Shown: in pieces, positions 8,548 through 17,347 of the stretch | Layout: the number at the start of each line of letters is the position of its first letter | How positions within the stretch are numbered: position 1 is the first letter of the stretch | IMG/VR virus record: IMGVR_UViG_3300034072_002211 | Location: 186,001 to 250,000 of that record | Length of the DNA stretch: 64,000 nucleotides | Reading direction: 5' to 3' (one strand) | Made by a program: the position numbers and the translations under genes | Notes under the pieces: generated by a model | What the model was told of the DNA's origin: nothing | The model's database searches: none | Seen by the model: the letters and a program-made list of their open reading frames with translations, nothing else

Positions 8548-8868
8548 GTGGGCAATGTATTCAGTTTCTGGTTTGCCGTCGATGCGACGCCGTCCACTCT
8601 TGGGATGACGATGCCAATGATCGGGCTCGCCCTCAAAGCCCCTCTCCTTCCACTCAAGGAAGGCGTGCTCCACGAGTAGCTTGTCGTCCACGAAGCGCTC
8701 GTCGAAGCACCAGCGATCATCATAGCCCCAGGGACAATCCATGTGGCCCCTGATCATCGTCCAGTGGAACATGAGCCGATAGTAGGCGACATATTCCTCA
8801 CCGTCACAGATGAGCTCAACGTGCTTGTAATCACGCTTCAGCATCTCAAGGTGTTCTTGGCGGTTCAT
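8545..8868 (-). CDS. hypothetical phage protein
   Basis: 107 aa ORF, co-oriented. Confidence 0.7.
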   Translation of the reverse strand: MNRQEHLEMLKRDYKHVELICDGEEYVAYYRLMFHWTMIRGHMDCPWGYDDRWCFDERFVDDKLLVEHAFLEWKERGFEGEPDHWHRHPKSGRRRIDGKPETEYIAH

Positions 8869-8907
8869 GCCCGTCCACTTAAATCCAAAGTGGACGGGCG
8901 TCTAGCG

Positions 8908-9459
8908 TTACTTCTTACCCTGAGCTTTACGGACCGTGCCAATGCTCACATCGAATTCTCTGGCGATCTTTTCATCGCTGAGACCGCTTTCCAGCTTGCG
9001 CTTGCGAATTCGCCGGTAACGCTCTTCCTTCGCATATTGCTTAGGAGTGAGCTTCTTAGCTTTGGGTGAAGTAGAAGGCGTAGGGGCTGGAGTCGCTCGA
9101 CTGTCGATATCTGCCTGCGTGATCTCCCCTCCCGCGAACAAAGTGTCGAGAAGCTTTTGACCAGAAGTTTTGGAGGTCTTGGTGGGGATTGGCTTTGCGA
9201 TCACCGCTTGACTGGTCTTTGGGGCATGAGCGGCTTTGCTCAACATCCAGGGAGTCGTCCCTTCGGCTTTGTGCTGAACCCAGCGGGCCTTCAGGTAAGA
9301 CCCTTTGCCTCGCAAAGGGCGGTTGTGTTCCTTTACGATCTTGTAGATTCGAGAGCTGTTGAGACCAGTTGCGTCAGTAATTTCGCGGACAGGCTTATTT
9401 TCGTCCCACAGCTTAAGAACAAGAGTCTCAATTGAATTGTTCACAGTTGGTCTCCTCAA
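8908..9459 (-). CDS. double-HTH DNA-binding protein
   Basis: VREITDATGLNSSRIYKIV and SDEKIAREFDVSIGTVRK helix-turn-helix patterns; Lys-rich linker. Confidence 0.65.
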   Translation of the reverse strand: MRRPTVNNSIETLVLKLWDENKPVREITDATGLNSSRIYKIVKEHNRPLRGKGSYLKARWVQHKAEGTTPWMLSKAAHAPKTSQAVIAKPIPTKTSKTSGQKLLDTLFAGGEITQADIDSRATPAPTPSTSPKAKKLTPKQYAKEERYRRIRKRKLESGLSDEKIAREFDVSIGTVRKAQGKK

Positions 9460-9569
9460 AAAGCGCGCTGTTTAGCGCATTGTGCATGTTTAAGGGATGC
9501 TTGGTCGGGCGCCCCTGTGACACCTTTCTGCGCTCAGGTTTTACCCTCGTCAACCGAAAAAATCACAGG

Positions 9570-9601
9570 AAAGGCGGGACCGCAAAAGCAATCCCGCCTT
9601 T
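9570..9601. terminator. hairpin terminator (possibly bidirectional)
   Basis: AAAGGCGGGA...TCCCGCCTTT. Confidence 0.6.
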
Positions 9602-9721
9602 TGTTTGGTATCGGCGCCCGACCAAGGACAATACCAACTGTCCTTTCTAACTAACTCCAATTGGTAGTTTGTCAACAAGTTTGTGTGCGTTACTTTGTGG
9701 TTCTAACTATGCCTAGAACTG

Positions 9722-9793
9722 TGGTTAGAAGTATGGTTAGAAGTATGGTTAGAAGTATGGTTAGAAGTATGGTTAGAAGTATGGTTAGAAGTG
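9722..9793. repeat. 6 x 12-bp tandem repeat TGGTTAGAAGTA in an AT-rich non-coding region
   Basis: five exact copies plus a sixth ending in G. Confidence 0.95.
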
Positions 9794-10091
9794 TGTTTCT
9801 ACCTACTAGTCTATGGAGTGTAATAGGTAGGACAAGTTAGTAGTCTGCAACAGTGTGCCCACTACAGGCCCATGAAAGGCTTGGATTTTTCGGTGACTAG
9901 TTGTTCTCTAACTACCAAAGGTAGGGGCAGTCTTGTAGTGTTTTCTACCTAGTACACTTGTGTATTAGTTTGATAACACACAACTTCAATCTACAATGCT
10001 TTTTTGTGAAGTAGCAGTTGGACTCTTACCAAAGAAATCTCGAAGTCAGACTGCTAAGGTAGTCTGACTTGATGTAGTGTCTGAAGTGTAG

Positions 10092-10802
10092 TTAGAACCG
10101 CTTGGTAACTCCAAGAACAAGTTCAAGAGTAGGCGTGTCGCGAGTCAGACCCACGTTGGCATTGAGGTCGATTTCTACGTTTCGCGAGGCAGTCCACACG
10201 GTTGTGAAGTCTAGGCTGGCTTGTGTTTGCCCCGCGCTATGCTGCGCGAACACTTCAATGGTCCCGCCTATGGGTCCGTAGAGGGTCTGATTCACACCCA
10301 CAGCGCCACTGATCAAGGGAGTGGGCAACACGAATACCGTTGGGCTTGCGTAGAGCTGTGTAGAGGGCGACACATCATAGGTTGCGCCCAGCGCAACGCC
10401 TGCGCCCAAGCGGCCCTGAGAAGCGTTCTGAGAACCCGTAGGCAGCACAAGCATGGGCTGAACTGCTAGGCTCAGCTGATCATCCTTGATGTTGCGACGC
10501 AGGGCCAAACGCAGGTCGCCTTGCCCCACACGCGAACCCTTGCGGACCCAAGGGCTCAAGCCAACTTGGACTTCGGTGTTCTCGTTGAGACCAAGGCGAA
10601 CCACTGTGTCGCCAAGTAAGAGAGTGGAATCAGCATCGTCGAACCAATCAGTCAGGCTGACTTCAACTTGGACATGACCGGGATCAACAACACACGGTTG
10701 GATCGCACCACGATCAGGACAGAGCGGCTTGAGGTCCTGAGCCACGGCAGGACTGGAAAGCATCAAGGCAAGAAGGGCGAGCCTACTTACCAAAACGCTC
10801 AC
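10092..10802 (-). CDS. outer-membrane beta-barrel 'transporter' (MetA-pathway/phenol-degradation family-like)
   Basis: signal peptide, LCPDR...PCVVDPGHVQVE motif, alternating beta-strands, C-terminal Phe. Confidence 0.7.
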   Translation of the reverse strand: MSVLVSRLALLALMLSSPAVAQDLKPLCPDRGAIQPCVVDPGHVQVEVSLTDWFDDADSTLLLGDTVVRLGLNENTEVQVGLSPWVRKGSRVGQGDLRLALRRNIKDDQLSLAVQPMLVLPTGSQNASQGRLGAGVALGATYDVSPSTQLYASPTVFVLPTPLISGAVGVNQTLYGPIGGTIEVFAQHSAGQTQASLDFTTVWTASRNVEIDLNANVGLTRDTPTLELVLGVTKRF

Positions 10803-10903
10803 GCTTGGTAGGAGGCCTCGGTTTCTTCATAGCCATGATCAGAGTATCACTGGGAAACTCAAAGGTCATGACTACCTCAAGCCAGATGCCGAAGTCGCTT
10901 AAA

Positions 10904-11395
10904 TTATCGGTTTGGGTGGTTGTTTTCACGATCTACCAGTCCACGGAGCCTCTCGATGATTCGATCTGTCTCCGGATGCGGCTGGGCCTTGTTGTCCCGC
11001 TTGCCGCTGCCGAGATCGTAAAGCTCTCCCTCGGGAGCCAGACGTCTGAACTCGTATTGCATCCTGCGGCCCAGATTGTCATCTAAAATGAACACCAGGA
11101 TCTTGACATAGCCCCAGCGGTTCTCCTCCAGATAGCGGAGGTCGCTGCGGGGTAGGTAACCTTCCGGCGCATCAGCGAACGCGCTCGCGACATACTGATC
11201 GCGGGAATAGAACCGGTCGTCGAATTGGATGTGGGTGAGTTCTCGGTCTGGCGTAGCTGGAAGGGAAACCTTACCCGTCAGCCAGTTGCGCTTTTCCTTC
11301 CGCCCGGGAATGGTCTTGGTGAAGACCATTATCCCTTGGTTGATCGGCTCGCAATACGCTACGCCGCGGAAGTCCTTGAAGACTGCCCAACACAT
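10904..11395 (-). CDS. hypothetical phage protein
   Basis: GGAGG RBS, 163 aa. Confidence 0.75.
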   Translation of the reverse strand: MCWAVFKDFRGVAYCEPINQGIMVFTKTIPGRKEKRNWLTGKVSLPATPDRELTHIQFDDRFYSRDQYVASAFADAPEGYLPRSDLRYLEENRWGYVKILVFILDDNLGRRMQYEFRRLAPEGELYDLGSGKRDNKAQPHPETDRIIERLRGLVDRENNHPNR

Positions 11396-11455
11396 CGTTC
11401 AACCTCCCGAATTGTTGATACTATTGCCTAACACCAGAACCGTGTTAGTCTACCA

Positions 11456-12202
11456 TTATGCGGGGTAAACATAAAAGGAAAATCGCCCGCTGCCGCCACC
11501 GACCGTCCAAGTCTCGCCGAGGATTGCTTGCACCTGGTCGAGGATTGCCGTCTTTTCCTCGAAGAACTTAATCAAAGCATGGCGAGATTCCTCCAGCAAA
11601 GCCGGCGGAATATGGCGCGAGCTGTCGAAACCATTTGACTTGAGGAATTCATCCATTTCCTCGCAAGCTTCCTTATACTTGTCCAGAAACTTGAACCCAG
11701 GAACTCCGAGTACCTCAATTGCCAAGCGCTTAGTACCCGACTTGGCATTATGGACATCAAACGTCCAGCCCTGCTTCGCCGCGATCACCTCGAATTCCGA
11801 AAGCTTTTCCTCATTGCGGAGGCGCTTTGCAACGCGGGCGCGCTTGAAATAATTGGGGTCGGTAAGGACCGCATCCTGCTTCTCCTCGGGCCAGGCGAGG
11901 AAATCGGTGAGCTTGTGCTTGACACCGTGCAGCATCACCCAGTTCTGACCAGCACCATGGGAGCCGCTCTCATACTTGTGCCAGACCAGACCTTCCGCAT
12001 ACGCCTTAAAGGTCACGAACTTGCGACCACGGGCGCGGCCGATACCGTCCAGGGTGGTCAGTTCCATCTTCTGGAAAAAGAGCTTATTGCGCTTCAGGAT
12101 CTTGTAGAGCGCGCGGTGGTTGTCGGTCTGGCGTTCGAACTCGTGGTGAAGGATGTCACCAGCGCTGAGGATCTGCCCGTCGAACTTGCTGAACTTGCCC
12201 AT
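11456..12202 (-). CDS. hypothetical phage protein
   Basis: start reassigned to MGKFS after AGGAGATCG. Confidence 0.8.
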   Translation of the reverse strand: MGKFSKFDGQILSAGDILHHEFERQTDNHRALYKILKRNKLFFQKMELTTLDGIGRARGRKFVTFKAYAEGLVWHKYESGSHGAGQNWVMLHGVKHKLTDFLAWPEEKQDAVLTDPNYFKRARVAKRLRNEEKLSEFEVIAAKQGWTFDVHNAKSGTKRLAIEVLGVPGFKFLDKYKEACEEMDEFLKSNGFDSSRHIPPALLEESRHALIKFFEEKTAILDQVQAILGETWTVGGGSGRFSFYVYPA

Positions 12203-12324
12203 TACGATCTCCTTTGCTGTTATGAACAACATAGCAGAACAGGTGAGGTAGTCAACCAGTTTCAAAAGGATAACACCAGAATCCTTTCGGACCCTGGTGT
12301 TATATTTCCATCGAGGATGAGCGC

Positions 12325-12486
12325 TTATTCTTCGATGCGCCAGTTGACCACTCGCCCCGCGATGCCGGCCGACTTCGCCGAGATAGCAGCCGCTCGCTTC
12401 ACGGGATCATGGGCGGTCATGGCGTCGATCTCGAAGCTGGTCTCCTTGCGGTGGCGACCATTCTTGTGGGCGATGATGAGCTTCAT
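12325..12486 (-). CDS. small basic protein
   Basis: AGGAGATC RBS before MKLII. Confidence 0.65.
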   Translation of the reverse strand: MKLIIAHKNGRHRKETSFEIDAMTAHDPVKRAAAISAKSAGIAGRVVNWRIEE

Positions 12487-12505
12487 GCTGATCTCCTGAA
12501 GCAGC

Positions 12506-12528
12506 ATACGGGGGCAGAGCCCCCGTAT
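12506..12528 (-). terminator. hairpin terminator
   Basis: ATACGGGGG...CCCCCGTAT. Confidence 0.6.
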
Positions 12529-12532
12529 CTTG

Positions 12533-12853
12533 TTACGCCGAAACCGAAGCCGCCTTGGTCGCGCCGTCGGTCAGAGCCGCCAGGGTGAACCAGCCATACT
12601 TGCCGGGGACCAGCGCCAGCGCCGTGCCGGCTTCCGGCAGGTTCGAAGCGATCTCCGACGGGAGGCCGAGCCGACGACCCGAACCCTTGACGCCGAGGTT
12701 GCGAAGCTGCTCGGTCTTCGGCATGTTGACGGTCGAGGTCCGATCCGTGAAGCGCACCTGCACCGAGCCGTCCTGGACGCGGACGCGCGCCTTGGTCGCC
12801 GAACCGATCACCGAAGCGGCAGTCGCCGCGAGAAAGTTGACGTTCTTATACAT
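12533..12853 (-). CDS. AbrB/MazE-like beta-barrel protein, paralogue family 'KYGWF'
   Basis: RVRVQDGSVQVRFTDR and GKYGWFTL shared with 47478 and 50838. Confidence 0.7.
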   Translation of the reverse strand: MYKNVNFLAATAASVIGSATKARVRVQDGSVQVRFTDRTSTVNMPKTEQLRNLGVKGSGRRLGLPSEIASNLPEAGTALALVPGKYGWFTLAALTDGATKAASVSA

Positions 12854-13040
12854 GCCGATCTCCTTTGTTGCCTCTGGGCACCATTGCCCTTCGTCATATC
12901 CTGGTTCTATACTCTGGTTGCTAGTCGTCAACCGCTTTTTCTACTTTTCTACCAATCTTTTTGATTAAGAGAGTTAAACAAACCAGGTGCGTCAGAGACA
13001 GATGAAGCGGGCCAAGGTCCGCTTCATTGGTGTTGATCTT

Positions 13041-13418
13041 TTAGGCTGCGAAATCGTAGGCTTCGCGGTCTTCGCGCGAATCCGGAATCATCAGCTTGCT
13101 GAGCGCGTGGAGGTAACCGTGGCGTGCTGCCTCACGCCACGCATCGCCAACGCAGGTCTTGACCTTGAATACCTTGGCCGCCTCGCTGATGTCGAGGTCA
13201 TTGTCGTCCTCGTCCAGGCCGGTGCCGTTGAACACGACGAACTGATTGGGAATCGAAGGACCGGCCGGCGCGCACACCGTAACCAGGATCTCATCGCCGC
13301 ACGAAATCTGAAGGAAGTTTTCCACATCGAAAGTGTTCACCGTCAGCGCATAGTTGCGGCGGGCGATCTCGGTATCGATGGTCACTGTGTTGGTCTCCTG
13401 TTTGTGTTGTGCCCTCAC
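13041..13418 (-). CDS. hypothetical protein (start may be GTG near 13385)
   Basis: promoter element upstream; C-terminus YDFAA. Confidence 0.75.
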   Translation of the reverse strand: MRAQHKQETNTVTIDTEIARRNYALTVNTFDVENFLQISCGDEILVTVCAPAGPSIPNQFVVFNGTGLDEDDNDLDISEAAKVFKVKTCVGDAWREAARHGYLHALSKLMIPDSREDREAYDFAA

Positions 13419-13453
13419 CTATAATAGAAAACAGGTGAGGGTCAACATCAGAA

Positions 13454-13687
13454 TCAGAACTTTTTCAGAATCTGATCCATTTCAGTGATCTTGGCTCGGA
13501 GATCATCGAGTAGCGCCTGGTTGCGCCGATCGATCTCTTCACAGGCTTTGCCGAACGCCGGTGCCTGAGTGAAGATAGTCAGCTCAGCCTTGGTCAGCAT
13601 CTGCGCGAACTCATTACGGAGGGTGAGCGCCATCTTCTCATTGAGTTGATGGCGGTTCTCCCACCACTTCTGAACCGGAACGGTCAT
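13454..13687 (-). CDS. small coiled-coil protein
   Basis: ATGA overlap start. Confidence 0.65.
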   Translation of the reverse strand: MTVPVQKWWENRHQLNEKMALTLRNEFAQMLTKAELTIFTQAPAFGKACEEIDRRNQALLDDLRAKITEMDQILKKF

Positions 13688-14028
13688 GCTGCTCGCGCGG
13701 CTCCCTGCTTCGCCCAATCCAGATACTGCTCGTAGACGCGCTCCACGAGCCGCCGCGCCGCCTGCTGCGGAGTGTAGGTGTCACCTTCGAAGCCCAGCAC
13801 GTCCATGACGAACTGTTCCTGGCAGGCCTTGCTCAGCGCCTGGAAGTCGCCGTCGGTGCGCGACGTCTTGTCGCCGTATAAGATCTTTGCGTTCTCGTTG
13901 GCGTCGCTGGCGACCGCCATGACGAGGGTGCGAGCCGACGGCCCGAGGCCGCGAAAGTCCTTGCCCGAGATGAGGTCGTTGACGATATATTCCTGCGCCA
14001 TGAGGACGCTGTCTTCCATACCGGCCAT
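13684..14028 (-). CDS. hypothetical phage protein
   Basis: AGGAGATCG RBS; C-terminus ARAA. Confidence 0.8.
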   Translation of the reverse strand: MAGMEDSVLMAQEYIVNDLISGKDFRGLGPSARTLVMAVASDANENAKILYGDKTSRTDGDFQALSKACQEQFVMDVLGFEGDTYTPQQAARRLVERVYEQYLDWAKQGAARAA

Positions 14029-14089
14029 CTTCGATCTCCTTGTTGCCTATGTTCTGGTGATAACACCAGAATTAGTCGTGTCAACCAGT

Positions 14090-15637
14090 TCAGCGATACT
14101 GCTTCATCCGCATCATCTTTTCGGCGAATCGCTTCTGCGATTCCATTTCCTGAACCATCGTCTTGCGGTGTTCCAGCTCACGCTGCTCATGTTCCTTTTT
14201 GATCTGGGCTTCCGTGGCTTTGCGCTGGCTCTCAAGCCGCTGCTCATAGAGCCACTGCTCTGCTTCTTCCTTGGTCGGGAAACCCCGCACGGTGTTGCCG
14301 TGCTCGACCATGAAGAAGTCACCCTGTTGTGAAGGACTGCGGCGGCACTTTACGCCGACTTTGGGTTTGCTACGCGGTGCTGGGACGCCCTTCTTCTGCT
14401 GGTAGGTTTCATAGTCGTCGGCGCTGTTGCTGAACTCCTCGAGCTCTGCGAGGATCTCATCCAGGATCATCTCCTTGGTCTTCTCGATATACTTGCGCCC
14501 AACCTCCTCAGGAAGCGCCGGGACGATCTCACCCTGCGTCACGTAGGCCGTGTAGAGCTCCTCATAAGCGGAGGAATCTCGTCGTGCCACAGTATAGCCC
14601 TGATTGCTATACTTGCGAGCACCGATGAACGAGTCCACCTCCTGCTGGGTGTGGAGGCCATAGACCACGCCGGTGTCCTTGAACAGTGCCAACCATTCGG
14701 GACGATTGCCACCCGGAGGACCCTGGAGTCCTTTGGTCGGCGGCGCCAGCAGGCTCTTGCCCACAACGTCTTCGTCCTGAATGCGCTGAAGCTGCGCCAT
14801 GATCTTGGGCTGGTAGTCTGCGGGCGGCGACCACCATTCCGGAGCCGGAGTGGGATCAGCAGTTGCGCCCATGGGGTTGAGCCAGAATGCTGTCCCGCCG
14901 CTCATCCAGTAGAGGTCGTTCTGTGCCCGCTGCATCTCCTCGGTCCAGAAGCTCTTAAGAGGAGCCGGCGGACCCTGCTCGATCAGCATCCGCGACACGC
15001 GCTGCTCCGAGGAGAGGATCATCTGAAGGGCGTTGTCGATTTCCTCTTCGCCCTTGCGGAACTCTTCGACGAACTTGGCCATTTTGTAGGACTTGATGGT
15101 GTCACCGTTGGTCCACGTCCAGACCAGCTTGCTCACAGTGGTCATCAGACCATCACGACCCAAGTTGATGTCCAGTTTCTCTTCGACAGTGGGCCGCATA
15201 TTATAGGCCGGGCTGGCCAGCTTCAGAGCAACGAGTTTCTCGCCTGCTCCCTTACAAGCCCTCAACTGCTCCAGCAGCTTCATTCCATTTTCGGTCAGCC
15301 AGTAGGTCCCACCGCCGTCAATATCGATGAGCTTGAGCTTGTGGCGAAGGTTCTTGATGGCCTCAATCTCATGGTTGGGCCAGTGAGAATCGCCCTCATA
15401 GTTGAGTTCCTGACGCGTCCGATGATCATTGTTGAGACGTGTCATCCTCGAGTCGAGGATCAGGTGGATCTGATACTGCGTCATGCCGCGCCCTTCAAGG
15501 GCCTTGACAGCCTTGTCCCAGCGTAGTCCACGAATCAGTTCGTGAAGGGGGCGGATGGTGTCAAGCTCACGCTTCAGTGAATCGGCGACTCCGAACAAAC
15601 CTTCCTCCTGGACCTGCTTGAGGTATTTGATTGCCAT
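14090..15637 (-). CDS. 515-aa hypothetical protein with C-terminal coiled coil
   Basis: long ORF after promoter element at 15640-15675. Confidence 0.85.
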   Translation of the reverse strand: MAIKYLKQVQEEGLFGVADSLKRELDTIRPLHELIRGLRWDKAVKALEGRGMTQYQIHLILDSRMTRLNNDHRTRQELNYEGDSHWPNHEIEAIKNLRHKLKLIDIDGGGTYWLTENGMKLLEQLRACKGAGEKLVALKLASPAYNMRPTVEEKLDINLGRDGLMTTVSKLVWTWTNGDTIKSYKMAKFVEEFRKGEEEIDNALQMILSSEQRVSRMLIEQGPPAPLKSFWTEEMQRAQNDLYWMSGGTAFWLNPMGATADPTPAPEWWSPPADYQPKIMAQLQRIQDEDVVGKSLLAPPTKGLQGPPGGNRPEWLALFKDTGVVYGLHTQQEVDSFIGARKYSNQGYTVARRDSSAYEELYTAYVTQGEIVPALPEEVGRKYIEKTKEMILDEILAELEEFSNSADDYETYQQKKGVPAPRSKPKVGVKCRRSPSQQGDFFMVEHGNTVRGFPTKEEAEQWLYEQRLESQRKATEAQIKKEHEQRELEHRKTMVQEMESQKRFAEKMMRMKQYR

Positions 15638-15667
15638 TCACCAGTCCTAGCAGAAACTGGTGTTACG

Positions 15668-16330
15668 TCAACCGAAAAACACCAGATCCAATCGGGGAAC
15701 CAAATCTTCATGCCCAATCGCGCGAATGAGCTCGATGACCTTGGCTTCAACGCCCTCATACTTGCTATGGAGGACGCTTACAACTTTTTCGCCGGTCACT
15801 GGTGCTTCTGTGAGACGCACAATGGCTTCTTCGGGAAACTCACAGACACCCGCTCGGCAGAGACTCCACGCTGCGCTGAGTAGCGCGCAGGTATGCTCCT
15901 CGCGGTCCTCGTAGACGTTCTTAAGCCCGATACGCTGTCCCTGTGGGGTCACATAGCTGAGAACTCGCTTGCCAGCCTTGCGAAAGGTATCCCAGGTCAG
16001 ACTGTCAGCGGGAAGACTGTGGATGATTGTTTCGGCTACTGGACCCAGCTTGCCTTCGAAGACCACATGATCGGGAGCCAGACCTCGCCGCAGAATACAG
16101 CGGATGAACTCTGTGACGTCGAGGGTGTTGGCCTCTACGTGGAGGTCGTCGATCAGAATAGCAGCCACGACCAATGAGTCGGCGGTGCTCCCACGATCCA
16201 GATACTCCTTCATGACGTTCAGGCTCTCGTCCTGTTCGTCACCGAAGATGCTATCAGCGTAGATGTGCGCGAATTCCACGAACATCGCGGGCCGAGGCAA
16301 GTTGGCGTTATCTGGTAGGTGACTTCCCAT
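15668..16330 (-). CDS. hypothetical protein, possible HUP/nucleotidyltransferase-fold (SCO2522-like)
   Basis: FVEFAHIY, ILIDDL, CALLSAAW..CRAG motifs; family match is from memory only. Confidence 0.6.
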   Translation of the reverse strand: MGSHLPDNANLPRPAMFVEFAHIYADSIFGDEQDESLNVMKEYLDRGSTADSLVVAAILIDDLHVEANTLDVTEFIRCILRRGLAPDHVVFEGKLGPVAETIIHSLPADSLTWDTFRKAGKRVLSYVTPQGQRIGLKNVYEDREEHTCALLSAAWSLCRAGVCEFPEEAIVRLTEAPVTGEKVVSVLHSKYEGVEAKVIELIRAIGHEDLVPRLDLVFFG

Positions 16331-16360
16331 ACGCTCTAGATAGCAAGATCTTGGTGAGCG

Positions 16361-16627
16361 TCAACCAGTTTGTGCGCCGCCCCAGGCAAGCTTGAACAAC
16401 ATGGCGTCATTGTCATCCTTGATGTAGAAGATCACGTTGCCAAAGTCAGGCTGAAACGTCCAGCTTCCTTTGATCATCTCGTTACACCAACGACCCGCAA
16501 GTCCACCATTGGGACTCTTGACACGGAAGGTGTGCCAGTCCTTGAAGCCAAGGGTGCTCTTGTTGCTGACTGGAAGGTTGCGCTTCAGCAACGTCTCCAG
16601 AGGACCAATGGGATCAGGTTGACTCAT
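16361..16627 (-). CDS. small phage protein, DAMLFKL family
   Basis: WCNEMIKGSW...FYIKDDNDAMLFKLAW; tandem paralogue. Confidence 0.75.
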   Translation of the reverse strand: MSQPDPIGPLETLLKRNLPVSNKSTLGFKDWHTFRVKSPNGGLAGRWCNEMIKGSWTFQPDFGNVIFYIKDDNDAMLFKLAWGGAQTG

Positions 16628-16872
16628 CGGAACTCCGGCTTGTCGGTGAACCATGTCAGCTTGAACAGCATGGCATCGTTCTTGTCCTCGATGTAGAAGG
16701 AGTGAAAGGTCATTGAGAGTGGTGGCTGATGTGCCCAACGACCCTTTATCATCTCCTCACACCAATCCAAGACATCCTGTCTGATGGGCACCTTGTGACC
16801 AGTACCCATGGTCTTGAAGCGGAAGATGTGCCACCCGATGACCTTCCCATCGGGATTAACCTTTGTGCCCAT
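16624..16872 (-). CDS. small phage protein, DAMLFKL family
   Basis: WCEEMIKGRW...FYIEDKNDAMLFKLTW. Confidence 0.75.
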   Translation of the reverse strand: MGTKVNPDGKVIGWHIFRFKTMGTGHKVPIRQDVLDWCEEMIKGRWAHQPPLSMTFHSFYIEDKNDAMLFKLTWFTDKPEFR

Positions 16873-17282
16873 CAGATTGCGCCATGCTCCCAGGCTTCGA
16901 TGGTGGGGAGGGGCGAACCCCGGCGATTGAACTCGGCCACGTGGGCGGCGGCTTCCTGCCGCTTGGCCTCTTCGGCCTGCCACTCCGCGTAGTCGCGCTT
17001 TTCTTTCTCGTCATAGTAGTGCATCCAGTTGCGATACTGGATACCGTCACGCTCCGAAACGCGGGCGAGAGCAGCGGCTTCCTCAGCTTCATTTTCCTCG
17101 AACGCTGCCTCGTAGGTGTCGAAGAAGCGGAGCATGTCCTCGGGCGAAGTGTTGAGGCTCGGACGGAAGCCGTGAAGCCCCTTGAAGAGGTCGCTGTAGG
17201 CGGACTGGAAGTCCTGCGTCAGCATGTCCGCGACAGTGAGGGTGCGCTCAGTGCCGGTTCCATCCACATACTGCAGGCCCAT
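16872..17282 (-). CDS. hypothetical phage protein
   Basis: start reassigned to MGLQYV after AGGAGATCG. Confidence 0.8.
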   Translation of the reverse strand: MGLQYVDGTGTERTLTVADMLTQDFQSAYSDLFKGLHGFRPSLNTSPEDMLRFFDTYEAAFEENEAEEAAALARVSERDGIQYRNWMHYYDEKEKRDYAEWQAEEAKRQEAAAHVAEFNRRGSPLPTIEAWEHGAI

Positions 17283-17307
17283 CTTCGATCTCCTCGTTGC
17301 GTTACTT

Positions 17308-17347
17308 GTCCTGTTTAGCAGAACTGGTGAGGGTGTCAACCAGTTTT
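17308..17347 (-). promoter_or_regulatory. repeated early-promoter/hairpin element
   Basis: GTCCTGTTTAGCAGAACTGGTGA..GTCAACCAGTTTT. Confidence 0.8.
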
